This document shows, piece by piece, positions 48,681-61,692 of a DNA stretch of 64,000 bases (its first letter is position 1; every line of letters starts with the position of its first letter). This stretch comes from Isurus oxyrinchus (taxonomy: Eukaryota). The notes under the pieces were generated by a model. That model ran no database searches, had not been told where the DNA came from, and was given only the letters and a program-made list of their open reading frames with translations. Made by a program: the position numbers and the translations under genes. Location: NCBI GenBank assembly GCA_026770705.1, contig JANJGN010000020.1:8060001-8124000 (forward strand), written 5' to 3'.

Positions 48681-51600
48681 CATTACACCCTTAAAACAAC
48701 TCTCCATTACACCCCTATCCCAACTCCATTAGACCCCTAACCCAACTCTCATTGCAACCCCCAACCAATTCTCCATTACACACCCAACCCAACTCTCCAA
48801 TACAACCATGTCCCCAACCCCATTACATTCTTAACCCAACTCTCCATTACAACCCTCTGTCCCCAACTCCTATTACATTCTTAACCCAAATCTCCATTCC
48901 AACGCCCTGTCCTCAACCCCCCGTTACACTCCTAGCTCAACTCTCCATTACAACCCCCTATCCTTAACCCCGTTACACTCTCAACCCAGCTCACCATTAC
49001 GAGACCCATTCTTCAACCCCCATTCCACTCCTAACCCAGTTTTCCATTACAAACTTGTCTTCAATCCTCATTACATTCCTAACTCAACTCTCCATTACAA
49101 CCTCCAGTCCTCATCCCCATTACACTCCTAGCTCAACTCTCCATTACAACCCCGTGTCTTCAACCCCCATTACATTCCTAACTCAACTCTCCGTTACAAC
49201 CCCGTCCTCAACCCCCCATTACACTCCGAGCTCAACTCTGCATTACAACCCCATCCTCAAACCCCATCACACTTCTAGCTCAACTCTGCATTACAACCCC
49301 GTACTCAACCCACAACACACTCCTAGCTCAACTCTGCATTACAAACCCCTGTCCTCAACCCCCATTACACTCCTAGCTTGACTCGCCATTACAACCTCAT
49401 CCCTCAGCCCCCATTACACTCCTAGCTCAACTCTCCATAACAACACCCGTCCTCGACCCCCATTACACTCCTGGCTCAACTCTGCATTACAACCATGTCC
49501 TCAACCTCCATTACACTCCTAACTCAACTCTGCATTACAATGCCATCCCCAAACCCATCACACTCCTAGCTCAACTCTGCAGTACAACCCCATCCTTAAC
49601 CCCTATTACACTCCTAGCTCAACTCTGCATCACAACCCCCATCCTCAATCCCCATCACACTCCTAGCAACTCTCCATTAGAAACCTGTCCTCAACCCCCA
49701 TCACACTCCTAGCACAACTCTGCACTACAACCCCATCCTCAACTCTCATCACACTCCTAGCTCAACTCTGCATTACAACCCTGTCCTTAACCCCGATTAC
49801 ACTCCTAGCTCAACTCTGCATTATAACCCTGTCCTCAACCCCCATTACACTCCTAACACAACTCTGCATTACAACCCCATCCTCAACCCCCATTACACTC
49901 CTAATACAACTCTGCATTACAACCATGTCCTCAACCTCCATTACACTCCTAACTCAACTCTGCATTACAATGCCATCCCCAAACCCATCACACTCCTAGC
50001 TCAACTCTGCATTACAACCCCTCCTTAACCCCTATTACACTCCTAGCTCAACTCTGCATCACAACCCCGTCCTCAATCCCCATCACACTCGTAGCTCAAC
50101 TCTCCATTAGAACCCTGTCCTCAACCCCCATCACACTCCTAGCACAACTCTGCACAACCTCATCCTCAACTCTCATCACACTCCTAGCTCAACTCTGCAT
50201 TACAACCCCGTCCTTAACCCCGATTACACTCCTAGCTCAACTCTGCATTATAACCCCGTCCTCAACCCCCATTGCACTCCTAGCTCAACTCCGCATTACA
50301 ACCCCATCCTCAACCCCCATTACACTTGTGGCCCAACTCTGCATTACAACCCCATCCTCAACCCCCATTACACTCCTAGCTCAACTCTGCATTACAATCC
50401 CATCCTTAACCCCCATCACACTCCTAGCTCAACTCTGCATTACAACCCCGTCTTCAACTCCCATTACACTCCTAGCTCAACTCTTCATTACAACCCCGTC
50501 CTCAACCCCCATCACACTCCTAGCTCAACTCTGCATTACAACCCCGTCCTCAACCCCCATCACACTCCTAGCACAACTCTACATTCCAGCCCCGTCCTCA
50601 ACCCCCATCACACTCCTAACTCAACTCTGCATTACAACCCCGTCCTCAACCCCCATCACACTCCTAGCTCAACTCTGCATTACAGCCCCGTCCTCGACCC
50701 CCATTACACTCCTAGCTCAACTCTGCATTACAACCCCATCCTCAACCCCCATCACACTCCTAACTCAACTCTGCATTACAGCCCCATCCTCAACCCCAAT
50801 TACAATCCTAACTCAACTCTGCATTACAACCCCGTCCTCAACCCCCATTACACTCCTAACACAACTCTGCATTACAACCCCGTCCTCAACCCCCATTACA
50901 CTCCTAGCTCAACACTGCATTACAACCCCGTCCTCAATCCCCATCACACTCCTAGCACAACACTGCATTACAGCCCTGTCCTCAACCCCATCACACTCCT
51001 AGCTCAACTCTGCATTACAGCCCCGTGCTCAACCCCATTACACTCCTAGCTCAACTCTCCGTTACAACCCCGTCCTGAACCCCCGTCACACTCTTAGCAC
51101 AACTCTGCATTACAGCCCCGTCCTCAACCCCCATTACACTCCTAGCTCAACTCTGCATTACAACCCGATCCTCAACCCCCATTACACTTGTAGCCCAACT
51201 CTGCATTACAACCCCATCCTCTACCCCCATTACACTCCTAGCTCAACTCTGCATTATAACCCCGTCCTCAACCCCCATTACACTCCTAGCTCAACACTGC
51301 ATTACAACCCCGTCCTCAACCCCCATCACACTCCTAGCACAACTCTGCATTACAGCCCTGTCCTCAACCCCATTACACTCCTAGCTCAACTCTGCATTAC
51401 AGCCCCGTGCTCAACCCCATTACACTCCTAGCTCAACTCTGCATTACAGCCCCGTGCTCAACCCGATTACACTCCTAGCTCAACTCTGCATTACAACCCC
51501 GTCCTTAACCCCGATTACACTCCTAGCTCAACTCTGCATTACAACCCCGTCCTCAACCCCGATTGCACTCCTAGCTCAACTCTACATTACAACCCCGTCC

Positions 51601-52500
51601 TCAAACCCCATTACACTTGTGGCCCAACTCTGCATTACAACCCCGTCCTCAACCCCCATTACACTCCTAGCTCAACTCTGCATTACAGCCCCGTGCTCAA
51701 CCCGATTACACTCCTAGCTCAACTCTGCATTACAACCCCGTCCTTAACCCCCATTGCACTCCTAGCTCAACTCTACATTACAACCCCGTCCTCAACCCGC
51801 ATTACACTTGTGGCCCAACTCTGCATTACAACCCCGTCCTCAACCCCCATTACACTCCTAGCTCAACTCTGCATTACAACCCCGTCCTCAACCCCCATCA
51901 CACTCCTAGCTCAACTCTGCATTACAACCCCGTCCTCAACCCCCATTACACTCCTAGCTCAACTCTGCATTACAGCCCCGTGCTCAACCCCATTACACTC
52001 CTAGTTCAACTCTGCATTACAACCCCATCCTCAACCCCCAGCACACTCCTAGCTCAACTCTACATTACAACCCCGTCCTCAACCCCCATCACACTCCTAG
52101 CACAACTCTGCATTACAACCCCGTCCTCAACCCCATCACACTCCTAACTCAACTTTGCATTACAGCCCCGTGCTCAACCCCATTACACTCCTAGCTCAAC
52201 TCTGCATTACAACCCCGTCCTCAACCCCCATCACACTCCTAGCTCAACTCTGCATTACAGCCCCGTGCTCAACCCCATTACACTCCTAACTCAACTCTGC
52301 ATTACAACCCCATCCTCAACCCCCATCACACTCCTAGCTCAACTCTGCATTACAACCCCGTCCTCAACCCCCATTACACTCCTAGCTCAACTCTGCATTA
52401 CAACCCCATCCTCAACCCCCATTACACTCCTAGCTCAACTCTGCATTACAACCCCATCCTCAACCCCCATTACACTCCTAGCTCAACTCTGCATTACAAC
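48680..52500. repeat. 48-bp minisatellite, about 80 copies
   Basis: Unit CTCAACTCTGCATTACAACCCCGTCCTCAACCCCCATTACACTCCTAG; degenerate monomers also at 47385-47500. Confidence 0.97.
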
Positions 52501-52569
52501 TCTTTGTCCACACCCCACCTTCCTATGAAACACCTGGCTCATTTTGTCTGCCTTACGGCAGGTACAGGA

Positions 52570-53480
52570 CAGTGACAGTAAGGGGCGGGGCCGGTGACGG
52601 TAGGGGGCGGGGCTATGGTCCGGTGACGGGAGAGGGCGGTGCGCGGCCCGACTGAAGGTAGGGGGTGGGGTTGGGTTTACGGTAGGGACGGGCCTGGCGT
52701 GACCTGAGGGGGCGTGCCAGTAGGATGAGGGGCGCGGCTGGTGACGAAAGGGGTGGGGCTGGGGTGACGAAAGGGGCGGGGCGGGGTGCGGCTGGGGTGA
52801 CATGAACAGGCTTGTCCGGGGTGGCTGGTGGGGGCGGGGCGGGGCCGGGACGGAGTGTCGGGAGGGGGCGGGGTGGGTCGTGGCCTGAGTGACGTAGAGG
52901 GCGGGGCGCGGCTGGAGGGACGGCAGGGAGCGTGCACGGAATGACGGGTGGAGGAGGGCCACGGCTGAGGCCGGTGTGAGGATGGGGGCGTGGCCTGGTC
53001 GGAGTGACAGGAGGGGGTGCGGCCGCAGTGACGGGTGGGGGCGGGCTGCGGCTGGGGCCGACTGAGGATGGGGGCGGGGCCTGGTCGGAGTGACGGTTGG
53101 GGGCGGGCGGAGTCTGGGCCCGCCTGAGGTTGGGGGCGGGTCCTGGGCGGAGTGACAAAAGTGGGTGTGGCTGGAGTGACGGATGGGGGCGGGACGAGGC
53201 TGGGGCCGGGGTGAAGGGTCAGGGCAGGCGGAGCTCCTGTCTTTCACACACGGTGTCCGGCCCCTAATCTGGGCCCAGGCTCGACTTTGGCCTCAGTGAT
53301 GGATGTGGTCCCGGAGGCAGCGGCGGCTCTGGCGGCGCTGGAGGGCGGCACTAAGGCAGAGATTGAGCCGATGCTTCAGAAATATAACCGGCAGGTGAGT
53401 GGCTGAGGGACCCGAGGTGGAGTCGCGGACCCGGGGCAGACGGTACAGACCGAGGCGGAGAGCGGGGACCCCCCGCCCGG
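52570..53480 (+). promoter_or_regulatory. RIC8B: CpG-island promoter of RIC8B
   Basis: Very GC- and CpG-rich, many GGGGCGGGG boxes and TGACG half-CRE motifs, directly upstream of and spanning exon 1. Confidence 0.85.
53299..53394 (+). CDS. RIC8B: RIC8 guanine nucleotide exchange factor (synembryn) coding exon 1
   Basis: ATG...[32 protein letters not shown] then donor GTGAGT (phase 0). Resembles RIC8 N-termini; paralogue assigned by RFX4-RIC8B synteny. Confidence 0.82.
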
Positions 53481-53484
53481 GATC

Positions 53485-56400
53485 ACCCCCCCCATCCCCG
53501 GGAACATCCCCAACCCCGGGAACATCCCCAACCCCGGGAACATCCCCTCCCCCCCCCATTCCCGGGAACATCCCCCCCCCCCCCAACCCCGGGAACATCC
53601 CCCCCCCCCCCAACCCCGGGAACATCCCCTCCCCCCCCCAACCCCGGGAACATCCCCTCCCCCTCCCCCCCCCAACCCCGGGAACATCCCTAATCCCGGG
53701 AACATCCCCAACCCCGGGAACATCCCCTCCCCCCCCCCCAACCCCGGGAACATCCCCTCCCCCCCCCCAACCCCGGGAACATCCCCTCCCCCCCCCCAAC
53801 CCCGGGAACATCCCCTCCCCCCCCCCCAACCCCGGGAACATCCCCTCCCCCCCCCCCAACCCCGGGAACATCCCCTCCCCCCCCCCCCCCCCCCAACCCC
53901 GGGAGCATCCCCAACCCCGGGAGCATCCCCTCCCCCCCCCAATCCCGGGAACATCCCCCCTCCCCCCCCAACCCCGGGAACATCCCCTCCCCCCCCAACC
54001 CCGGGAACATCCCCTCCCCCCCCAACCCCGGGAACATCCCCTCCCCCCCCAACCCCGGGAACATCCCCAACCCCGGGAACATCCCCTCCCCCCCCCAACC
54101 CCGGGAGCATCCCCTCCCCCCCCCCAATCCCGGGAACATCCCCCCTCCCCCCCCAACCCCGGGAACATCCCCAATCCCGGGAACATCCCCAACCCCGGGA
54201 ACATCCCCAACCCCGGGAACATCCCCTCCCCCCCCAATCCCGGGAACATCCCCCCTCCCCCCCCAACCCCGGGAACATCCCCAGTCCCGGGAACATCCCC
54301 AACCCCGGGAACATCCGCAACCCCGGGAACATCCCCTCCCCCCAACCCCGGGAACATCCCCAACCCCGGGAACATCCCCAACTTCGGGAACATCCCCAAC
54401 CCCGGGAACATTCCCAACCCCGGGAACACCCCCAACCCCGGGAACATCCCCTCCCCCCAACCCCGGGAACATCCCCAACCCCGGGAACACCCCCAACCCC
54501 GGGAACATCCCCAACCCCGGGAACACCCCCAACCCCGGGAACACCCCCAATCCCGGGAACACTCCCAATCCCGGGAACATCCCCAATCCTGGGAACACCC
54601 CCAGTCCCGGGAACATCCCCAACCCCGGGAACATCCCCAACCCCGGGAACACCCCCTCCCCCCCCCAACCCCGGGAACATCCCCAATCCCGGGAACATCC
54701 CCAACCCCGGGAACATCTCCTCCCCCCCAACCCCGGGAACATCCCCTCCCCTCAACCCCGGGAACACCCCCAACCCCGGGAACACCCCCAACCCCGGGAA
54801 CACCCCCAACCCCGGGAACACCCCCAACCCCGGGAACACCCCCAATCCCGGGAACACCCCCAATCCCGGGAACATCCCCAATCCCGGGAACATCCCCAAC
54901 CCCGGGAACATCCCCAACCCCGGGAACATCCCCAATCCTGGGAACACCCCCAATCCCGGGAACATCCTCAACCCCGGGAACATCCCCAACCCCGGGAACA
55001 CCCCCTCCCCCCCCCAACCCCGGGAACATCCCCAACCCCGGGAACATCCCCAATCCCGGGAACATCCCCAACCCCGGGAACATCCCCAATCCCGGGAACA
55101 CCCCCAATCCCGGTAACATCCCCTCCCCCCCAACCCCGGAAACACCCCCTCGCCCCCCCAACCCCGGGAACACGCCCCCCCAACCCCGGGAACACCCCCT
55201 CCCCCCCCCCCCCAACCCCGGGAACACACCCTCCCCCCCCAACCCCGGGAACACCCCCTCCCCCCCCAATCCCGGAACATCCCCAACCCCGGGAACATCC
55301 CCTCCCCCCGCCCAACCCTGGGAACATCCCCTCCCCCCCCCCCCAACCCCGGGAACATCCCCTCCCTCCCCAATCCCGGGAACACCCACTCCCCCCCCCA
55401 ACCCCGGGAACATCCCCCCCAACCTCGGGAACATCCCCAATCCCAGGAACACCCCCCCCCCCCCCCCCCCAATCCTGGGAACATCCCCTCCCCCCCCAAC
55501 CCCGGGAACACCCCCAATCACGGGAACACCCCCTCCCCCCCAACCCCGGGAACATCCCCAACCCCGGGAACATCCCCAACCCCGGGAACACCCCCTCCCC
55601 CCCCAACCCCGGGAACATCCCCAACCCCGGGAACATCCCCAACCCCGGGAACACCCCCTCCCCCCCAACCCCGGGAACATCCCCAACCCCGGGAACACCC
55701 CCTCCCCCCCCAACCCTGGGAACATCCCCAATCCCGGGAACATCCCCAACCCCGGGAACACCCCCTCCCCCCCCAACCCCGGGAACATCCCCAACCCCGG
55801 GAACACCCCCTCCCCCCCAACCCCGGGAACATCCCCAATCCCGGGAACATCCCCAACCCCGGGAACACCCCCTCGCCCCCCAACCCCGGGAACATCCCCA
55901 ACCCCGGGAACACCCCCTCCCCCCCAACCCCGGGAACATCCCCAATCCCGTGAACATCCCCAACCCCGGGAACACCCCCTCCCCCCCCAACCCCGGGAAC
56001 ATCCCCAACCCCGGGAACACCCCCTCCCCCCCAACCCCGGGAACATCCCCAATCCCGGGAACATCCCCAACCCCGGGAACACCCCCTCCCCCCCAACCCC
56101 GGGAACATCCCCAATCCCGGGAACATCCCCAACCCCGGGAACACCCCCCCCAATCCCAGGAACACCCCCTTGCCCACCCCGAGCCCGGGAACACCCCCTC
56201 CCCCCCCCCAACCCCGGGAACACCCGCCCCCAACCCCGGGAACACCCCCCCCAACCCCGGGAACATCCCCTCCCCCCCCCAATCCCGGGAACACCCACTC
56301 CCCCCCCCAACCCCGGGAACATCCCCCCCAACCTCGGGAACATCCCCAATCCCGGGAACACCCCCTCCCCCCCCGAGCCCGGGAACATCCCCCCGCCCCA

Positions 56401-56925
56401 AACTACGGGAACATCCCCAACCCCCCCCCACCCCGGGAACATCCCCCCCCAATCCCAGGAACACCCCCTTGCCCACCCCGAGCCCGGGAACATCCCCCAC
56501 CCCCGCCAGAGCCCGGGAACATCCCCCCCCCCCCCACGAGCCTGGGAACATCCCCCCCATCGAGCCGGGGAACATCCTTCCCCAACCCTGGGAACATCCC
56601 CCCCCCCACCCGAGCCTGGGAACATCTCCCCCCACCCCCCGAGCCTGGGAACAAACCCTCCCCCCCGCCAGAGCCCGGGAACATCCCCCCCCACCCCCTG
56701 AGCCCGGGAACACCCCCCCCCCCCCCCCCCCCCCCCCCCCACCCCGGGAACATCCCCCCCCCCAACCCCGGGAACTTCCCCCCCCAACCACCCCGGGGAA
56801 CATTTCCCCCCTCCCCCTGACCTTGGGAACATTCCCCCTCAGCCCGGGAATGTCCCCCTCCACCCCCTAAAACCTGGGAACATTCTCTCCCCTCACCCAC
56901 GACCCGGGAACATTCCCACCACCAA
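53485..56925. repeat. C-rich 18-bp minisatellite with variable poly-C spacers in RIC8B intron 1
   Basis: Core CCCCAACCCCGGGAACAT repeated over about 3.4 kb, diverging (GAGCCCGGGAAC, CCTGGGAAC) at the distal end. Confidence 0.97.
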
Positions 56926-57734
56926 ACCCCCCCCATTATATTGTTGATATTTAGTGATGTGGATCTTTGTACATCTGGATATGTTTTGTGGACATAACTA
57001 ATGACAAAAAAAAATCCAGTTAAACTGTTCTTGATCCATATCAAGTGCTGGGAAATTATTGGAGGCTCCTCTGTACCAGCATGAAACATTCTCGATTCCA
57101 CAACAGCTGTTTCTGTCTGAGCATGATTCCCATTTGGTATCGAGTTAATGGGCTCTGTGTGCAGTGGCTTCACTAGATCACGAGAGCCTGAGTTTAGGCT
57201 GCTTCACAAACTCCGCTTTCATGTTCAAACCAGAGGAGTGGCCGTGAGCTAACTCTACTGCAAAGTTCAGTACCTCTGCTCACGTATAATTCCAGTAAGC
57301 TTGATCTTTGGAATTGTCCGTGTGCAATCTCTTGACGAATCTAGCAGACCTGTTCTTAAATTTGAACCAACGTGGTAATATTTATATTGGACATGTCTGA
57401 CACTGAAACATAGGATAACACCATATTTGAAACGATACGGGGTATTCCCACATTGTCCATACTCCTGCATCATTCAGCCATTGAGCTTGATTTGCCATTC
57501 AGTTAGGTCATGGCTGATCTGCACCGTGACTCCTTAATACAGTTATAAACTTTTACCAAGTGGAAAATGTGGAACTTATGACCACAGGGAGATTTGATGC
57601 ATTTAAGGGGAATCCTAGTGGGGAAGAAAGGAATAGAAGGGCATGCGGATGGGGTGAGAGGAAGCTCTTGTGGATAGTAAATTAAGATATGCACCAGTTC
57701 ATGCGCTGTATATACCTTATACTGGAGTGAAAAC

Positions 57735-57915
57735 AGCCGTAGTCCCAGAGGGCCACAGACGACTGGTATTGAGTTTAACCCGAGGGTCACCACACCTCAG
57801 GCAAGGCTGAGAAAGGCTTCATGGATGACCTCAGCTGGCATGGGAATTGAACCCACATCGTTGGCGTCGCTCTGCATCACAAACTAGCCGTCCAGCCAAC
57901 TGAGCTAATCGGCCC
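57735..57915 (-). mobile_element. tRNA-derived SINE (third family)
   Basis: Reverse reads GGGCCGATTAGCTCAGTTGG (A-box)...GGTTCAATTCCC (B-box), followed by a non-tRNA body. Confidence 0.7.
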
Positions 57916-58052
57916 TTACCTTGCAGTACTACGTACTAGACAGTATGTGTTGTTGCGGTTTGGGATTGATGCACCAACAACTTTTTTCCAAACCTTTGGA
58001 CTCTCAGGATTCAAATACATGAGCATAAGTATGAGCTGAGATGCCTGGGCTT

Positions 58053-58430
58053 TCATAAGACCATAAGAAATAGGAACAATTTGGCCCCTTGAGTCTGCAC
58101 TGCCATTCAAAAATATCATGGCTGATCTGATTGCGGCCTAGTGCCACTTTCCTATTTGACCCCCCTAACCCTTGACTCCCTTGTCAATCAAAAATCTGAC
58201 TATCTCAGCCTTGAATACATTCAATGACCCAGCCTCCCAGTGCTCTCTGGGGAAGAGAATTCCACAGACTAACGGCCCTCTGAGAAATGGGGACTCCTTA
58301 TCTTCAAACTGTGCTCCCAATTTTAGATCGCCCCACAAGAGGAAACCTGCATCTACCCTGCCAAACCCGAGCAGAATCCTATGTTTCAATAAGAACACCT
58401 CTCATTCTCCTAAACTTCAGTGAGTATAGG
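58053..58430 (-). mobile_element. CR1 LINE 3' end
   Basis: CATAAGACCATAAGAAATAGGA terminus; EAGSLNVFKAEI motif. Confidence 0.85.
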
Positions 58431-58684
58431 AATTTCCAACGCTGAAGGGCTTTGTGGCCCAGCAAGTGCAGTTTGGATATCACAAAACTACTAATGATCT
58501 TTAATACAGCGAGGAGGGTTTTTTCCCTTTTGGATGTCCTGTTTTTGTTTTGCTGGCACAGTGAAGGATCGCGTGTTCCCAGGTATGTACCTTGTGACAG
58601 CTTGGTTGGTAATGGTTACAGCCGTTTATTTTGCTAGATTATACAGAGAAATAGCTCCTGTGTGTTACAGCCGTATAACTTGAC

Positions 58685-59353
58685 GGCCTAGAATTTGCTA
58701 GAAAAAAATAGTGTTAATAACACCTGCCCTTATTAATGTGCAATGCAACCAGCAACTTAGGGCGAGGGAGAAATACCTGGTGAATTGCAGATCACCACAA
58801 GAAACCCCTTCCCGCCTTCATCCTCGCTGTAATTTTCTTGGGTTTACTGTGCTTGCACATTAATTGCCCATTAATCTGGGCAGAGAACATTAAGTCTAGT
58901 ATTTAATAGTGCCAGTATCCTTTAAACATGATCATTGTTAATGACTGCCAATCAACCTGTCTCACCAAAAATGAATAATTAAAAGTGTGGAGTCTCGTTC
59001 CTTCAGGTAGTAGATTATTTTTGGATTTTAAATAAGTCGCATTAAAATTCTAATTATTTCTTACGTTTCCTTTCTGTCTCTCTTATTTTTCATTTTTTCC
59101 TTGCCTCGATCTTTATTTCTCTTTTTGTACTTGATTTGTCTCTGATTTACTTCACTCCCTTCTCAGCTGTTCTCTGTTCATGTTGCAATCCTTAAATCTC
59201 ATTGTTTAAATAGATAGTGTTGGTTCTGTCGTTCAGAGGGTCGGTTCACACTTCCAGCAGCTTTGTGGGAATTTTTTTGAGCTGAGGGATACAGGAACAA
59301 GTCTGATTAATTGGGCATGCTGTGACATGTCCCATTCCAGCAAAATCTGGGCC
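58685..59353. mobile_element. Old MITE with Harbinger-like TIRs
   Basis: GGCCTAGAATTTGCTAG / CCAGCAAAATCTGGGCC inverted termini. Confidence 0.55.
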
Positions 59354-59824
59354 ACTGTGATTTCATAAATCGAGAATTGTTGCTGGTAGATGCATGCCAA
59401 TGTTTGCTACTGAGTTTGCTCCTTTCTGAAAGCTGTGAACAATATATAAACTTACTGCAAAGCTATCAGATTTCGATGGTAGAGATAGGAAAACACATAT
59501 CCACAGTACGTCACATGGCGAATTCATGAATTAGATAATTGTCAAAGCTTCCTTGCCAACACCCAAGCATTGTGCAACAATAGAATATTGGAAATAATGT
59601 CACACCTTTCAGTGTAGTGAATCATCCCAAAGTACCTCACAGAGTTAAGAATAGGCAGTGTGCAGTATGGGATTTGAAGGATAGGCGTTATGGAGCTAGT
59701 GAGATTTAGTGACCATTCCAGAGTGTCGGACAAATTGGCTGAAGTCTCTGCCACCAAGGACAGAAGGAGAGATGGGTGGACGTGTAAAGGAGGCAAAGGC
59801 TGAAAGGTCATGGGTGTAGTGGAT

Positions 59825-60915
59825 GTGCAGGGGTGGAAGGTGATGGGGTGCTGTTGAAGAAGCCTTGGTGTGTTGCTGCAGTGCATCTTGTAGATGGTGT
59901 ACACTTCTTCCACTGCTCTGCTGGTGTAAGAAGTGAATGTTTAGATTGTTGGATGGGCTGCTTTGTCATGGACGATATTGAGCTTTTTGAGTGTTGTTGG
60001 AGCTGCACTCAGGCAAGTGGAGAGTATTCCATCACATTACTGACTTGTATCTTGTAAATGGTGGGATAGACTTTGGAAAGTCAGGAGGTGAATTACCTGC
60101 TGCAGAATTCCCAGCCCCTGACCTGCTCTTGTGGCCTTAGTATTTATATGGCTGGTCCAGTTCAGCTTCTGGTCAATAGTAGCCCCAGGATGTTGATAGT
60201 GAGGGATTCAGCGATGGTAATGCCATTGAATGTCAAGGGAAGATAGTTAGATTCTCTTTGGTTGAAGATGGTCACTGCCTGGCACTTGTGTGGTGTAAAT
60301 GTTACTTGCCACTTATCAGCCGAAGACTGGGTATTGTCCAGGTCTTGCTGCACATGGGCATGGACTGCTTCAATATCTGATTAGTTGTGAATGTGCACTG
60401 TTCAATATAATCATCAGCGAACACCCCCACTTCTGACCTTATGATGGGGAGAAGGTCATTGAAGCTGCTGAAGGTGGTTGAAAGTAACACCTGCAGTGAA
60501 GACCTGGCACTGAAATGATTGACCTCCAACAACCACAACCATCTTCCTTTGTGCTGGGTATGACTCCAACCAGCGGAGAGTTTTCCCCCTGATTCCCATT
60601 GACTACAGCTTTGCTAGGGCTTCTTGATACCACACTCTGTCAAATGCTGCTTTGATGTTAAGGGCAGTCACTGTCACCTCACCTCTGGAGCTCAGCTCCA
60701 AGTCTGTAATGTGGTCAGGAACCGAGTAGCTCTGGCAGAGGATCACTGAGCATCACTGAGCAGGTTATTACTGTGTAAGTGCAGCTTGCTAGCACTGGCG
60801 ATGACACCTTCCGTCACTTTGCTGATGATCAAGTTTGGGTGGTAATTGGCCAGATTGGATTTGTCCTGCTTTTTGCAGACAGGACATACCTGGGAAAATT
60901 TTCCACATTGTTGGG
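59825..60915 (-). mobile_element. LINE family B RT fragment
   Basis: Reverse complement of about 34150-35260 (VFADD, QQDLDN...DKWQVTF). Confidence 0.88.
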
Positions 60916-61692
60916 TAGGGTATTTGATAAAATGAATGTGAAGATGATAAAAGGTTTGGATGAGGCTTTCAGCGATAGCGTGCTGGAGGCGTGCAGTGTT
61001 GTGAAGTTGAAGGTAGGCAGTTTTGGTGATGAAAAGGATATGGGGTGTGAACTGGAACTCAGGCTTAACTAGGAATTCATGAGCAGGTAGGAAGGGAATG
61101 ATGTATTTTTGAAGTCAAAGCACATATTACATCCTAATCCTGCATCCACTTCTCTCTCAAGTTTGGTAACTTTGGAATAAATTGATGACTTTGGTACACC
61201 ATTTTGTCCACTGATTTGCAAAAAAAAGTTATACGAGTAGAAATTTTGGCAAGAATCTACAGGTAATTGTACAAAAACAGTGCTTTTTATTATACATCTT
61301 GCTGCTTTCCTCCACTGCTGCTGCTTGGAATGAAATACAAGCAGCAACTTAATACTGTTCTAATTAGAAGACTTTCTATAATCCTGTCTGCTAATCTATT
61401 CATGGGGCGTGGGCTCAATCTAAAATGAGGGAAGGTGCACTGACAATTTAGATTTAAGTGATTTACACCAAGGGAGATGAAAGCTTGCAGTGGACTTCCC
61501 AGGGATGTAGGGTTGGGCATACTGTATGGGAAAATTTTAACAGAATTGGAGAGGAATTTGAGGGAAGATATTAATAAGTAACTGAGATTTATGTTTTTAC
61601 AACTGGTTAGATGGATTATGGAACCATGCGTAATAGTGTACTTTCCTACACTCCTGATACTGCAATCGTTTACTGTGTGTTTTATTTAACAG

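Noticed and set aside
49055-52528. Mucin-like ORFs (TTPSSTPITLLAQLCI)n
   Set aside because: Translation of the 48-bp repeat. Frequent 47-bp units break the frame, and there is no signal peptide or splice structure.
48680-56925. CRISPR-like or telomeric arrays
   Set aside because: The units are contiguous with no unique spacers, the context is eukaryotic, and there are no (TTAGGG)n tracts.
53293-57173. Very long Gly- or Pro-rich ORFs (up to 1179 aa) on both strands, resembling elastin, collagen or extensin
   Set aside because: They are translations of a stop-free 18-bp minisatellite, open in nearly all frames and lying inside RIC8B intron 1.
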